From the NCBI RefSeq assembly GCF_009914755.1, contig NC_060934.1: a DNA stretch of 64,000 nt, one strand, 5' to 3'. The translations under genes and the position numbers were made by a program. Shown here one piece after another: positions 1 through 21,420 of the stretch; the stretch's first letter is position 1; every line of letters starts with the position of its first letter. This DNA is from the human T2T-CHM13v2.0 reference genome, Homo sapiens. The notes under the pieces were generated by a model. That model was not told the origin of the DNA, ran no database searches, and was given only the letters and a program-made list of their open reading frames with translations.

Positions 1-1197
1 ATATTCACACATATTCCATTGGTCCAAACTTAGTCATATGACAGCACCTGGCTAAAAAGGGAGTCTGAGAAGTGTGGTTTGCACTAGTGGTGGCTATGTG
101 CCTAGTTAAAACTCAAGGTTTCTTTTCTTAGAGAAAAACACAAGGCATTCATCTTCTTCAGGACACAAATTGGACTTACAAAGTTCTTTTTTTTTTCCCT
201 GAGGAATCATGGCTCCTCTGTTGTATGCAAGAGGGTTGGGAAAAAGCATGGGGGTCATTAGAATAACTGCAGCTTGTGAGGGAATTCTACACCAAAGTTG
301 ATACAATTAAAGGTTGGGTATTAGAAAAAAAAAGAAATACGTATTTTTCCAATTGATAAGTAAAACAGTCTTGTTTTCATATGAACTGGAAATAAATCTG
401 TGACTTGAATTTTGTCAAAATTGAAATATAAAATAGTTTAAGTATAATATTTTCTTTTCTGCAAAAAATAAAAATGAAACCAATATTACATTATTAATTA
501 ATATTACAAATTACAATGAAAAATGATAAATACTCATAATCTCATATTGTAGTTTGGTTTCAATTTACATAGCTGCAGGTAAGTATGCCATGGCAGTGCC
601 TCAGGTAAAGATCGTAAAGCTTTTGAAAAACAATGTTAGTATGAGACATGGCACAGGAATACCTCATTTTATTGTGCTTTGCTTAGTTGAGCTTTACAGA
701 TATGGCATTTTTTACAAATAGAAGGTTTTTGATAACCATGCCTCAAGAAAGTCTGTCAGCACCATGCATTTAACAGTATTACTATTTTGTGTATCTGTGT
801 CAAATATTCCAAACTTTTTCATTATTATTATATCTATTAAGGTAATTTTTGACAAGTGATCTTTGATGTAATTAGTGGAATTGTTTTGGGGCTTCATGAA
901 TGTGCCATATGAGACTGTGAACTTAATCCATGAATGTTGTGTGGGTTCTCACTGCTCCAATGACTGGATGCCCTCCATCTCTCTCCCTCTCCTGGGAACA
1001 CCCTATTCTCTGAAACACAACCAGTTCATGACCCTGCAATGGTCTGTAAGTGTTCAAGTGAAAGGAAGAGTCGCACATTACTGACTTTAAATCCAAAGCC
1101 AGAAATGATTAAGCTCAATGAGGATGACATCTTGAAAGCTGAGACACACTGAAGGCTAGGCCTCTTGCTCCAGTTAGCCCCAAACAGTTACTGAAAA

Positions 1198-1424
1198 GAG
1201 GTCAGGAGGTCAAGATCACCCTGGCCAACATGGTGAAAGCCCATCTCTACTAAAAATACAAAAATTACCAGGGCGTGGTGGCGTGTACCTGTAATCCCAG
1301 CTACTCCAGAGGCTGAGGCACAAGAATTGCTTGAACCGGGAGGCAGAGGTTGTAGTAAGCTGAGACTGCCACTGCACTTCAGCCTGGGTGACAGAATGAG
1401 ACCCCGCCTCAAAAAAAAAAAAAA
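1198..1424 (+). mobile_element. 5'-truncated AluS inside Tigger1
   Basis: Starts mid left arm (GAGGTCAGGAG), has the A-rich linker, right arm and an A14 tail; GAAAAG on both sides. Confidence 0.9.
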
Positions 1425-2548
1425 GAAAAGTTCTTGGAGGAAATTAAATGTGCTACTCCAGTGAACATATGAATGGTTAAAAAACAAAAAGTAAAACAAT
1501 CTTATTGTAGTTATAGAGAAAGTTTGAGTGGTCTAGATAGACAACCAAGCCAGCTGCAACAGTCCTTTAAGCCAAAGCTGAATTCATAGCAAAGCCTTCA
1601 CTCAATTCTCTGAAGGCTGAGAGAGCTAAGGTAGCTGACAAAGAAAAGTGTGAAATGAGCAGTGCTTGGTTCGTGAGGTTGAGGGAAAGAAGCCATCTCT
1701 ACAACATAAAAGTAGAAGTGAAGCAGCAAGCCCCGATGGAGAGGCTGCAGCAAATTATCCAGATGATCTAGCTAAGATAATTATTGTGGGTGGCTACAAC
1801 CATACAACAGATTTTCAATGGAGACATAACAGCATTCTATTGGAAGAAGACGCCATCTAGGACTTTCACAGCTAGCAAGAAATTGATGCCTGTCTTCAAA
1901 CTTTAATGGCTGACTCTCTCAATAAAGGGTCATACATTTGGCGACTTTAAAATGAAACCAATGCTCTTTTGTGATTCTGAAAATCCTAGGGCCCTTAAGA
2001 ATTATGCTAAATATACTTTTCCTGTGCTCTATAAACAGAAAAACAAAGCATAAATTAAAACACATGTTTATAATATGGTTTACAAACCATTTTTAAGGCC
2101 ACTGCTAAAATCTACTGCTCAGAAAAAAAAAAGCCTTCTTTTAAAATATACTGATCATTGGCTATGCACCTTGTCACTTAAGAGTTCCAATGGAAATGTA
2201 TAAGAATATTAATGACATTTTCATGTCTGTTAAAACAATGTCCATTCTGCATCCCATGTATCAAGCAGTCATTTTGATTTTCAAGTCTTATTATTTAAGA
2301 CATACATTTTGTAAGCCTACACTACAGCTGCCATAGATAGTGATTCTCCTGATGCATGTGAGCAAAGTAAATCAAAAACATTCTGGAAAGGATTCGACAC
2401 ACTAGATGCCATTAAAAACATTAGTGATTCGTGAGAAGAGCTCAAAATATCAACATTAACAGGAGTTCGGAAGAAATGAATTCCAACCTTCATGTATGAT
2501 TTTGAATGGTTCAAGATTTCAGTGGAAGACAGATTAGAGAAATGCAAG

Positions 2549-2809
2549 TCAAAACCACAATGAGGGGGGAGGAGCCAAGATGGCCGAATAGGAACAGCTC
2601 CGGTCTACAGCTCCCAGCGTGAGCGACGCAGAAGACGGTGATTTCTGCATTTCCATCTGAGACCGGCTTAAGAAACGGCGCACCACGAGACTATATCCCA
2701 CACCTGGCTCGGAGGGTCCTACGCCCACGGAATCTCGCTGATTGCTAGCACAGCAGTCTGAGATCAAACTGCAAGGCGGCAACGAGGCTGGGGGAGGGGC
2801 GCCCGCCAT
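2549..2809 (-). CDS. ORF0: Variant L1 ORF0 (50 aa ORF0 N-terminus plus 36 aa new C-terminus)
   Basis: ATG at 2809 gives MAGAPPPASLPPCSLISDCC...RRFLSRS (ORF0), then crosses the deletion junction and stops at 2549-2551, at the edge of the TSD. Expression is unknown. Confidence 0.6.
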   Translation of the reverse strand: MAGAPPPASLPPCSLISDCCASNQRDSVGVGPSEPGVGYSLVVRRFLSRSQMEMQKSPSSASLTLGAVDRSCSYSAILAPPPSLWF

Positions 2810-3264
2810 TGCCCAGGCTTGCTTAGGTAAACAAAGCAGCCCGGAAGCTCGAACTGGGTGGAGCCCACCACAGCTCAAGGAGGCCTGCCTGCCTCTGTAG
2901 GCTCCACCTCTGGGGGCAGGGCACAGACAAACAAAAAGACAGCAGTAACCTCTGCAGACTTAAGTGTCCCTGTCTGACAGCTTTGAAGAGAGCAGTGGTT
3001 CTCCCAGCACGCAGCTGGAGATCTGAGAACGGGCAGACTGCCTCCTCAAGTGGGTCCCTGACTCCTGACCCCCGAGCAGCCTAACTGGGAGGCACCCCCC
3101 AGCAGGGGCACACTGACACCTCACACGGCAGGGTATTCCAACAGACCTGCAGTTGAGGGTCCTGTCTGTTAGAAGGAAAACTAACAACCAGAAAGGACAT
3201 CTACACCGAAAACCCATCTGTACATCACCATCATCAAAGACCAAAAGTAGATAAAACCACAAAG
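2565..3264 (+). promoter_or_regulatory. L1HS 5'UTR with internal sense and antisense promoters, shortened to 700 nt
   Basis: YY1 motif AAGATGGCCG at 2577-2586; CpG-rich; junction CCATCTGAG|ACCGGCTTAAG at 2661/2662. Confidence 0.9.
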
Positions 3265-4281
3265 ATGGGGAAAAAACAGAACAGAAAAACTGGAAACTCT
3301 AAAACGCAGAGCGCCTCTCCTCCTCCAAAGGAACGCAGTTCCTCACCAGCAACAGAACAAAGCTGGATGGAGAATGATTTTGATGAGCTGAGAGAAGAAG
3401 GCTTCAGACGATCAAATTACTCTGAGCTACGGGAGGACATTCAAACCAAAGGCAAAGAAGTTGAAAACTTTGAAAAAAATTTAGAAGAATGTATAACTAG
3501 AATAACCAATACAGAGAAGTGCTTAAAGGAGCTGATGGAGCTGAAAACCAAGGCTCGAGAACTACGTGAAGAATGCAGAAGCCTCAGGAGCCGATGCGAT
3601 CAACTGGAAGAAAGGGTATCAGCAATGGAAGATGAAATGAATGAAATGAAGCGAGAAGGGAAGTTTAGAGAAAAAAGAATAAAAAGAAATGAGCAAAGCC
3701 TCCAAGAAATATGGGACTATGTGAAAAGACCAAATCTACGTCTGATTGGTGTACCTGAAAGTGATGTGGAGAATGGAACCAAGTTGGAAAACACTCTGCA
3801 GGATATTATCCAGGAGAACTTCCCCAATCTAGCAAGGCAGGCCAACGTTCAGATTCAGGAAATACAGAGAACGCCACAAAGATACTCCTCGAGAAGAGCA
3901 ACTCCAAGACACATAATTGTCAGATTCACCAAAGTTGAAATGAAGGAAAAAATGTTAAGGGCAGCCAGAGAGAAAGGTCGGGTTACCCTCAAAGGAAAGC
4001 CCATCAGACTAACAGCGGATCTCTCGGCAGAAACCCTACAAGCCAGAAGAGAGTGGGGGCCAATATTCAACATTCTTAAAGAAAAGAATTTTCAACCCAG
4101 AATTTCATATCCAGCCAAACTAAGCTTCATAAGTGAAGGAGAAATAAAATACTTTATAGACAAGCAAATGTTGAGAGATTTTGTCACCACCAGGCCTGCC
4201 CTAAAAGAGCTCCTGAAGGAAGCGCTAAACATGGAAAGGAACAACCGGTACCAGCCGCTGCAAAATCATGCCAAAATGTAA
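3265..4281 (+). CDS. L1 ORF1: LINE-1 ORF1p, RNA-binding chaperone, 338 aa, intact
   Basis: Essentially the L1HS ORF1p sequence: coiled coil, RRM, REKG, ARR and YPAKLS motifs. Confidence 0.98.
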   Translation: MGKKQNRKTGNSKTQSASPPPKERSSSPATEQSWMENDFDELREEGFRRSNYSELREDIQTKGKEVENFEKNLEECITRITNTEKCLKELMELKTKARELREECRSLRSRCDQLEERVSAMEDEMNEMKREGKFREKRIKRNEQSLQEIWDYVKRPNLRLIGVPESDVENGTKLENTLQDIIQENFPNLARQANVQIQEIQRTPQRYSSRRATPRHIIVRFTKVEMKEKMLRAAREKGRVTLKGKPIRLTADLSAETLQARREWGPIFNILKEKNFQPRISYPAKLSFISEGEIKYFIDKQMLRDFVTTRPALKELLKEALNMERNNRYQPLQNHAKM

Positions 4282-4320
4282 AGACCATCGAGACTAGGAA
4301 GAAACTGCATCAACTAATGA

Positions 4321-8172
<3,852 letters not shown>

Positions 8173-8383
8173 ACAATGAGATCACATGGACACAGGAAGG
8201 GGAATATCACACTCTGGGGACTGTGGTGGGGTCGGGGGAGGGGGGAGGGATAGCATTGGGAGATATACCTAATGCTAGATGACACATTAGTGGGTGCAGC
8301 GCACCAGCATGGCACATGTATACATATGTAACTAACCTGCACAATGTGCACATGTACCCTAAAACTGAGAGTATAATAAAAAA

Positions 8384-8416
<33 letters not shown>

Positions 8417-10047
8417 AAATAAATAAATAAAAAAATAAAATAAAAAAAAAAATAAAAATAAAAAAACAAAAAAAACAAAACAAAAAAAAAAAAAAAAAAA
8501 AAAACCACAATGAGATACCATCTCATGCCAGTCAGAATGGCAATTATTAAAAAGTCAAGAAACAACAGATGTTGGTGAGGTTGCAGAGAAATAGAAACAC
8601 TTTTACACTGTTGATGGGAATGAAATTAGTTCAACCATTGTGGAAGATGGTGTGGCAATTCCTCAAAGTTCTAGAACCAGAAATACCATTTGACTTGGCA
8701 ATCCCATTACTGGGTATATGCCCAAAGGAATATAAATCATTCTATTACAAAGATATATGTGTGCATATGTTCATTACAGCACTATTCACAATAGCAAAAA
8801 CATGGAATCAACCCAAATGCCCATCAACGATAGACTGGATAAAGAAAATGTGGTACATATATACCATGGAATACTATGCAGCCGTAAAAAGGAATGAGAT
8901 CATGTCCTTTGCAAGGACATGGATGAAGCTGAAAGCCATTATCCTCAGCAAACTAATGCAGGAGCAGAAAACCAAACACTGCATGTTCTCACTTATAAGT
9001 GGAAGCTGAACAATGAGAACACATGGACACAGGGAGGGGAACAGCACACACTGGGGCCTGTTGGGGGCTGGGGTGGTGGGAGCGAGAGCATTAGGAAAAA
9101 TAGCTAATGTGTGCTGGGCTTAATATCTAGGCGATGGGTTGATAGGTTGCAAATTACCATGGCATACCTTTATCTATGTAACAAACCTTCACATCCTGCA
9201 TTTGTACCCCAGAACTTAAAATAAAAAAAAAATTAAAATTACAAAAAGATTTCAGTGGACAAGGTAATTGCAGATGTGGTAGAAATAGAAACAGAACTAG
9301 AATTAGAAGTGGAGCCTGAATATGTGATTGAATTGCTGCAATCTTATAATCAAACTAGAATTAATGAGGAGCTGCTTCTTATGAATGAGCAAAGAATGTG
9401 ATTTCTTGGTATGGCTTCTACTCCTGGTGAAGAGGCTGTGGACATTGTTGAAATGAAAATAATCAATTCAGAATATAATGCAAACTTAGTAGATAAAGCA
9501 GCATTAGGGTTTGAGAGGAGTGACTCCAATTTTGATATACATTTTATAGTGCTCAAAGAGCATCACGTACTACAAAGAAATCTTTAGTATAGGGAAGAGT
9601 CAATTGATGCAGGAAAATGTATTATTGTCTTATTTTAAGAAATTGCTGCAGTCACCAGAAGTTACCACCTTGATCACTCAGCCTCCATCAACATCAAGAC
9701 AAGAACCTTCCCCAGCAAAAAAGACTACAACTCGCTAAAGGCTCAGATGATCATTAGCATTTTTTTAGCAATACAGTATTTCAAAAGTATGTATATTGTT
9801 TGTTAGACATAATGTTATTGCACACTTAATAGACTACAGTGTAATATAAACATATATTTTATATGCATTGGAAACCAAAAATTAGTGTTACTGGTTTTAT
9901 TGCAATGTTCATTTTATTATGGTGGTCTGAAAATAAAGACACATTATCTCCGAGATGTGTCCGTATTAGTATTAGACATTACTGGAAAATGCCCAGTGGG
10001 TTAACACTCTAATGTTTCAGAAACTTGTTCAATGGGCTCTAATTCTT

Positions 10048-12304
<2,257 letters not shown>

Positions 12305-13464
12305 TAATTCTTAGGATTTGTTTTCTGGGCAGAAACTCCCAAAAAGCTTTAGTCTGTGTATTTTCTTGGTACACTAATATTCAAAATACACAAAATTGAT
12401 AAAAACTAAATAACTTTAAATTTAGTGATCAGTTAATTTTTAAGTTTATTACCAATTTTTAATTCAATAAATTAAAAATTTATAAAATCCACATTTAAGC
12501 ATTTAACCTATTAATTCCAACTGCTAAAATAGGTATTTTTCCCTTCTCAAGTAGTTTTAGGCTTATCAGACAAAGACTTCAAAGCAGCAATTACAAACAT
12601 ATTTAAAAATTATGTAAAGCAGGCCAAAAGACAAAGAAAAACAGAAAACCTCTAAAACTGAAGAGAAAAGCAACTCTTTACATATAGGTAAACTGCATTG
12701 TGAACACCATGTAGCTTCTCAGAGATACAATGGATGTTTGAAAGCAGTGGAGTATTATAGTCAAAGCATTGAAAGAAAACTACTTCAAGCAATAATTCTA
12801 CACCCAACAAAACCATCTATCAAAAATGAAGGCAAAACAAAGACTTTCTAAGATGAACAAAGACTGATATTATTTGTTCTTAATCTGCCTTACTAGAAGT
12901 AGTAGGAAAAGTCCTTCTATATGAAAGAAAATAACATCAGTCAGTAATTCTAATTCAGTAAAAAGTACCAGAAAGGGTAATTATGCAGAAATTTTGAAAG
13001 ACAGAATGAATATATATTTTTTCTTTTATCCTGACTGGTTTAAAAGACAATTGTATAAAGGAAGAATTATTATATAATACTATATTGTTGAGTTTATAAT
13101 ATACAGATATATATGAAACAGGAAAATTTTGAGAAAAAGAATAAGGTTAAATTGTATCAAAGTTTTTATGTTTTACTGGAACTAAGTTACTACTTATATA
13201 TAACAGGATGATAAATTCAGTTGCTTATTATAATTACTAGAATAACCACTATGAAAATAACTCAAAATTGTCTAGTAAATAATCAGAAAGGAAAAAACAT
13301 GGTACATTAAAAGAAGGCAGTAATGAAGGAAGAGAAAAGCAGAAAAAATTTTTTTTTTTTAGTTCAGGAGACATTTAGAAAGCAAATTGCAAAAGAGCAG
13401 ATGTAAATCCACTCATATCAATTATTACATTTAATGGAAATGAATTAACCACTAAAAAACAGAG

Positions 13465-13679
13465 ACAAGGCTACAGTAACCAAAACAGCATGGTATTGGT
13501 ACCAAAACCGATATATAGACCAATGGAGCAGAACAGAGGCCTCAGAAATAATGCCACATATCTACAATCATCTGATCTTTGACAAACCTGACAAAAACAA
13601 GCAATGAGGAAAGGATTCGCTATTTAATAAATGGTGTTGGGAAAACTGGCTAGCCATATGCAGAAAACTAAAACTGGAT
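13465..13679 (+). mobile_element. Isolated internal L1PA ORF2 fragment with no tail or TSD
   Basis: Close match to in-window L1 ORF2 6980-7194 ([15 protein letters not shown]...[10 protein letters not shown]), far less decayed than its flanks. Confidence 0.88.
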
Positions 13680-14293
13680 TTTTGAAAAGTAAGGACAAAG
13701 GATTCAAAAAAGGATTTTTGAAAAGTAAGGACAAAGTTGAAGGATAAATATCATTTTTAAGACTCACTATAAAGCTATAATGCAAGAGTGATATAATAAA
13801 AAAGATACATATTGAAAAGTGAAACAGAAAGGAACGCCCAGAAATAAACTCCCAAGATACAGTCAACTGATTTTTGACAAAGGTAAAAAAAAAATTCAAT
13901 AATATTAGCATTGCTCAAATATTGGACATCCACGTAGAAACAAAAATAATAATATCACTGTTGTATACTTCACAATCATTACAAATTAAATCAAATGCAT
14001 ATCGTAGTCTTAAGTCTGAAATGTAAATAATAAAAGTTTTAGAATAAAACAGAAAAGAAAATTTGCCTAACTTTGGGCTAAGACTTATTAGATACAACCT
14101 AAAAGTACAATATCTTAAAAAATGGATAGAAGAAAATTTGTAAAATCAAAGACATTTGCTATCTAAAATACACTATCAAGGAAATGAAAAGACAAGTCAC
14201 AGACTGGGAGAATATAAATGTACAAGTCACATTTCCTGCAAAGGTCTTGAATCCAGACTATAGAAATAATGCTTAAAGCTCAACAATAAGAAA

Positions 14294-14515
14294 ATAATAA
14301 CTATTGTGTACTGGGCTTAATACCTGGGTGATGAAATAATATGCACACCAAACTCCCATGACACGTGTGTACCTTTGTAACAAACCTTCTCATGTACCCA
14401 AACCTAAAAGTTAAAATAATAATAATAATAATTTTATAAAACACAAAATCAGTGAAACACAATAAAACAAAGAACAATAAAATAAGGTATGCCTGTTAAA
14501 AAAAGAAAGAAAAGA
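14294..14515 (+). mobile_element. Old L1PA (PA15/16-like) 3' end followed by a Tigger1 terminus and a second A-tract
   Basis: GGCTTAATACCTGGGTGATGAAATAAT 3'UTR, (AAT)n tail, then ...CAATAAAATAAGGTATGCCTG (reverse complement of the Tigger1 5' end), then an A-rich run. Confidence 0.7.
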
Positions 14516-16869
14516 AATCAAATAGCCCTTAATTATAGGCAAAATATCTGAATAGACATTTAATGATATAATGTAAACAGATGTCAAATAAACACATTAA
14601 ATATGCTCAATGCCATTTATTATTAGAGAAATGTAAATTATAATCACAATGACACATTGCTACATCAAAATTTAAATGTCTAAAATTCCAAAACACTGGC
14701 AATCCCAAATGCTGTTTAGGTAGTAGAATATTTGAAACTTTCATGCCTCCCTGGTGGAGATATGAAATAATATAGCTACTTTAGCAAACAATTTGGAAGT
14801 TTCTTATAAACACCTGCCATATGACTCAGCATCATGTTCCTAAGTATTAACCTTAGAGAATTGAAAATTCCTGTTCAAATGAAAATCTGTACACAAATAT
14901 ATTTAGCATTTTATTCATAATTGTCAACCATTACAAATAACCTAGATGTCATCTTCAACTGGAAAATAGAAAAACTACAGTAAATTCATACAATAGAATT
15001 CTATTCCATGATAAAAATGAACTATGGATTTAGGCAGCAACAATATGGATAAATTTTTAGTGTGTTTTGCTAAGTGAAAGAAGGTAGACTGAAATGGCTG
15101 CATAGTATCTAATTCCATATACAAGGAACTTTCAAAAAGGCAGAACTATAAGAAAATAATTGTTAAAGTGTTTAAGTGTTAGTTATATGGTATCTATCTA
15201 TGTATCTATGTATCTGTCTACCTATTTTAGCAATGTAGAGTGAAATATAAAGTGTGATATCAGTAACAAAAAGGTTAAGAGGGGCAATATTAGAAGTATA
15301 TTATTGTAAGATTCTTATACTCAGTAATATACTACATGACAGAAAACTGACAAAGATGTGTACTATAAACCCTAAAGCAATCACTAAAATAACAAAGCAC
15401 TAAAATACAGCTAAAAGCCAACTAAAGAAAATAATACATAACATTTGTTTAATTCAAAAGAAAGAAAAGGGTTTATAGAACACAAGTGGCAGATAGAAAA
15501 CAGGAAAATAACAGATCTCAAGGTAATCAGGTAATTGCCAGAAAGCCTGTATGAGGATCTCCATAGAAAACAACTATTGAACTAGTTAAAATCACTGGAC
15601 AAAGTTTTAAATTATCTGGAACCTGACCAAAGGGAATAAAGCAAATCAAGAAACATTTATTCAAGATAATCCTCTAAACCTTATTAAAGACGGTGGGGGG
15701 CTGTTGCATTTGAACTAAAGGCTTCCTCCATTCCTCCAACTCAGAGTTGCAGAAGTATATTCCAGAGGGACACAGTTCCAATCCCTCCTCCAGAGTCTGC
15801 TCTGTAATATAGTCTCTATGTATGGAAGTCAGGGGAGTTGGGGCTTCCAAACTTTCCTCGAGGTCTGAATTGTGTATGATGTATTCCAGTGGGACCAGAA
15901 GGCCTTTGGAACACATTGAGGAGGAATCCATGTTCAAGCACAAAGTCACAAACAACGAGGTCATAATGCAAGCAATCAGAGAATTCTAACAGCTCCAAGA
16001 TTCTAGCAGAAGCAAACGAAGTGACAGAGTAACAAGAACACTGAACACAGAGATACATGGAAAGAGACAATTGAAGAGGACCTACTAAGTTCACACTCAC
16101 CTCTAGTGTTCTGGAAGGCTGTGCACATGTGCTATACTGCAGTCACTTAAGAGCAACAAGAGAGGAAAAAAGAGAGGGTACCTGTGAGCTACTCATTCAT
16201 AGCCAAACACAGGGAGGAACTGTAGACTCCATGAGATATAATGAAATATTTTTTCTTTACTATCAACCAATTTTTTAAAATAAAAGCATAACGCAATAAC
16301 TTTAAAATGATATCATTGGGACTGTAACATATAGAAATATAATATATTGAACATGATAGCCAAAAGGAGGAGGAGAGTAATGAGAACATGGTGGGGCAAA
16401 AAGCCAATGCCATATGGAAAAAGATAATGAGAGCAGGAAATGGTAAATAAGAATATTGACATAAACATTATGTAAAATATTTTCTTCTTTCTTCTCTTAG
16501 CTTCTTTAAAAGCCATGAGATGATAAAAAGCAATAATTATAACACTACATCAGGATTGTAACATATATAGATATAATATATGTGCTAACAGTAGCACAAA
16601 TATGGGTGGAGAGAATAGAACTATATTGGAGTAAAATTGTCACATTTCTCTAGAATAAAGGTCCCATAAATCTGAAGTAGATTCTTATGAGTTAATATGC
16701 ATGTTGAAAACTCTACAGCTGTCACTAAAGCTAACTCAAAAAACAAAGTACGGTAGAAAATATCTACTTATTGCAAATGAGGGAAGTAAAGGCGCTACAG
16801 AGGAAAAAATGTGAATAAGACAGAAAACAAAGAGCAAAATGGCAGATATAAATACACCAATATTAATTA

Positions 16870-17298
<429 letters not shown>

Positions 17299-17931
17299 TT
17301 AAATACGTTGAAAGTGAAAAGATGAGATGGAAGGATGTAAGCTTGATGCAAACAGAAAGCATAAGAGAGTGAGAGTAGCTACATTATTATCAGACAAAAT
17401 AAGTTTTAAGACAGAAATGTTTCTAGAAACAAAGTGGGTCATTGTATAATTAAAGGATCAGTCCCTCTGAATAATATAACCATTGAAAACACGTATGTGA
17501 TAAACAACATAGTCTCCAAAAAGATAGATCAAAATTGATAGTTGTTTTTAAAAAGGAGACTTTCAAAAATAACTGTTGGAGATTTCAGTAGCCTACTCTG
17601 AATGATGGAAAGACGTACTAGACTTAAGATAAACAAAGATATATAAGACTTGAACAACACTATAGACCTAAAACATACTTAAAGAACATTCCAACCAACA
17701 CCATCAAATGCACATTCTTCTCAAGTGCACATGAAAGATTCCCCAGGTCCACCATGCCATAAAACTGAAATTGCACAAAATATATAATATTATCCTAGAT
17801 AATATATTTTAAACAATTAAAACTAGAAATCGGCAAGCAAAGGGTTTGGGGGACATTTCCAAATACATGGAATTTGAAGAACATACTTCTAAATAGCCAA
17901 GGTGTCAAGAAAAAAATTACAGGAAATATTA

Positions 17932-21420
<3,489 letters not shown>

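Noticed and set aside
1430-2526. Tigger1 transposase as a functional gene
   Set aside because: Multiple stops and frameshifts, and interrupted by insertions.
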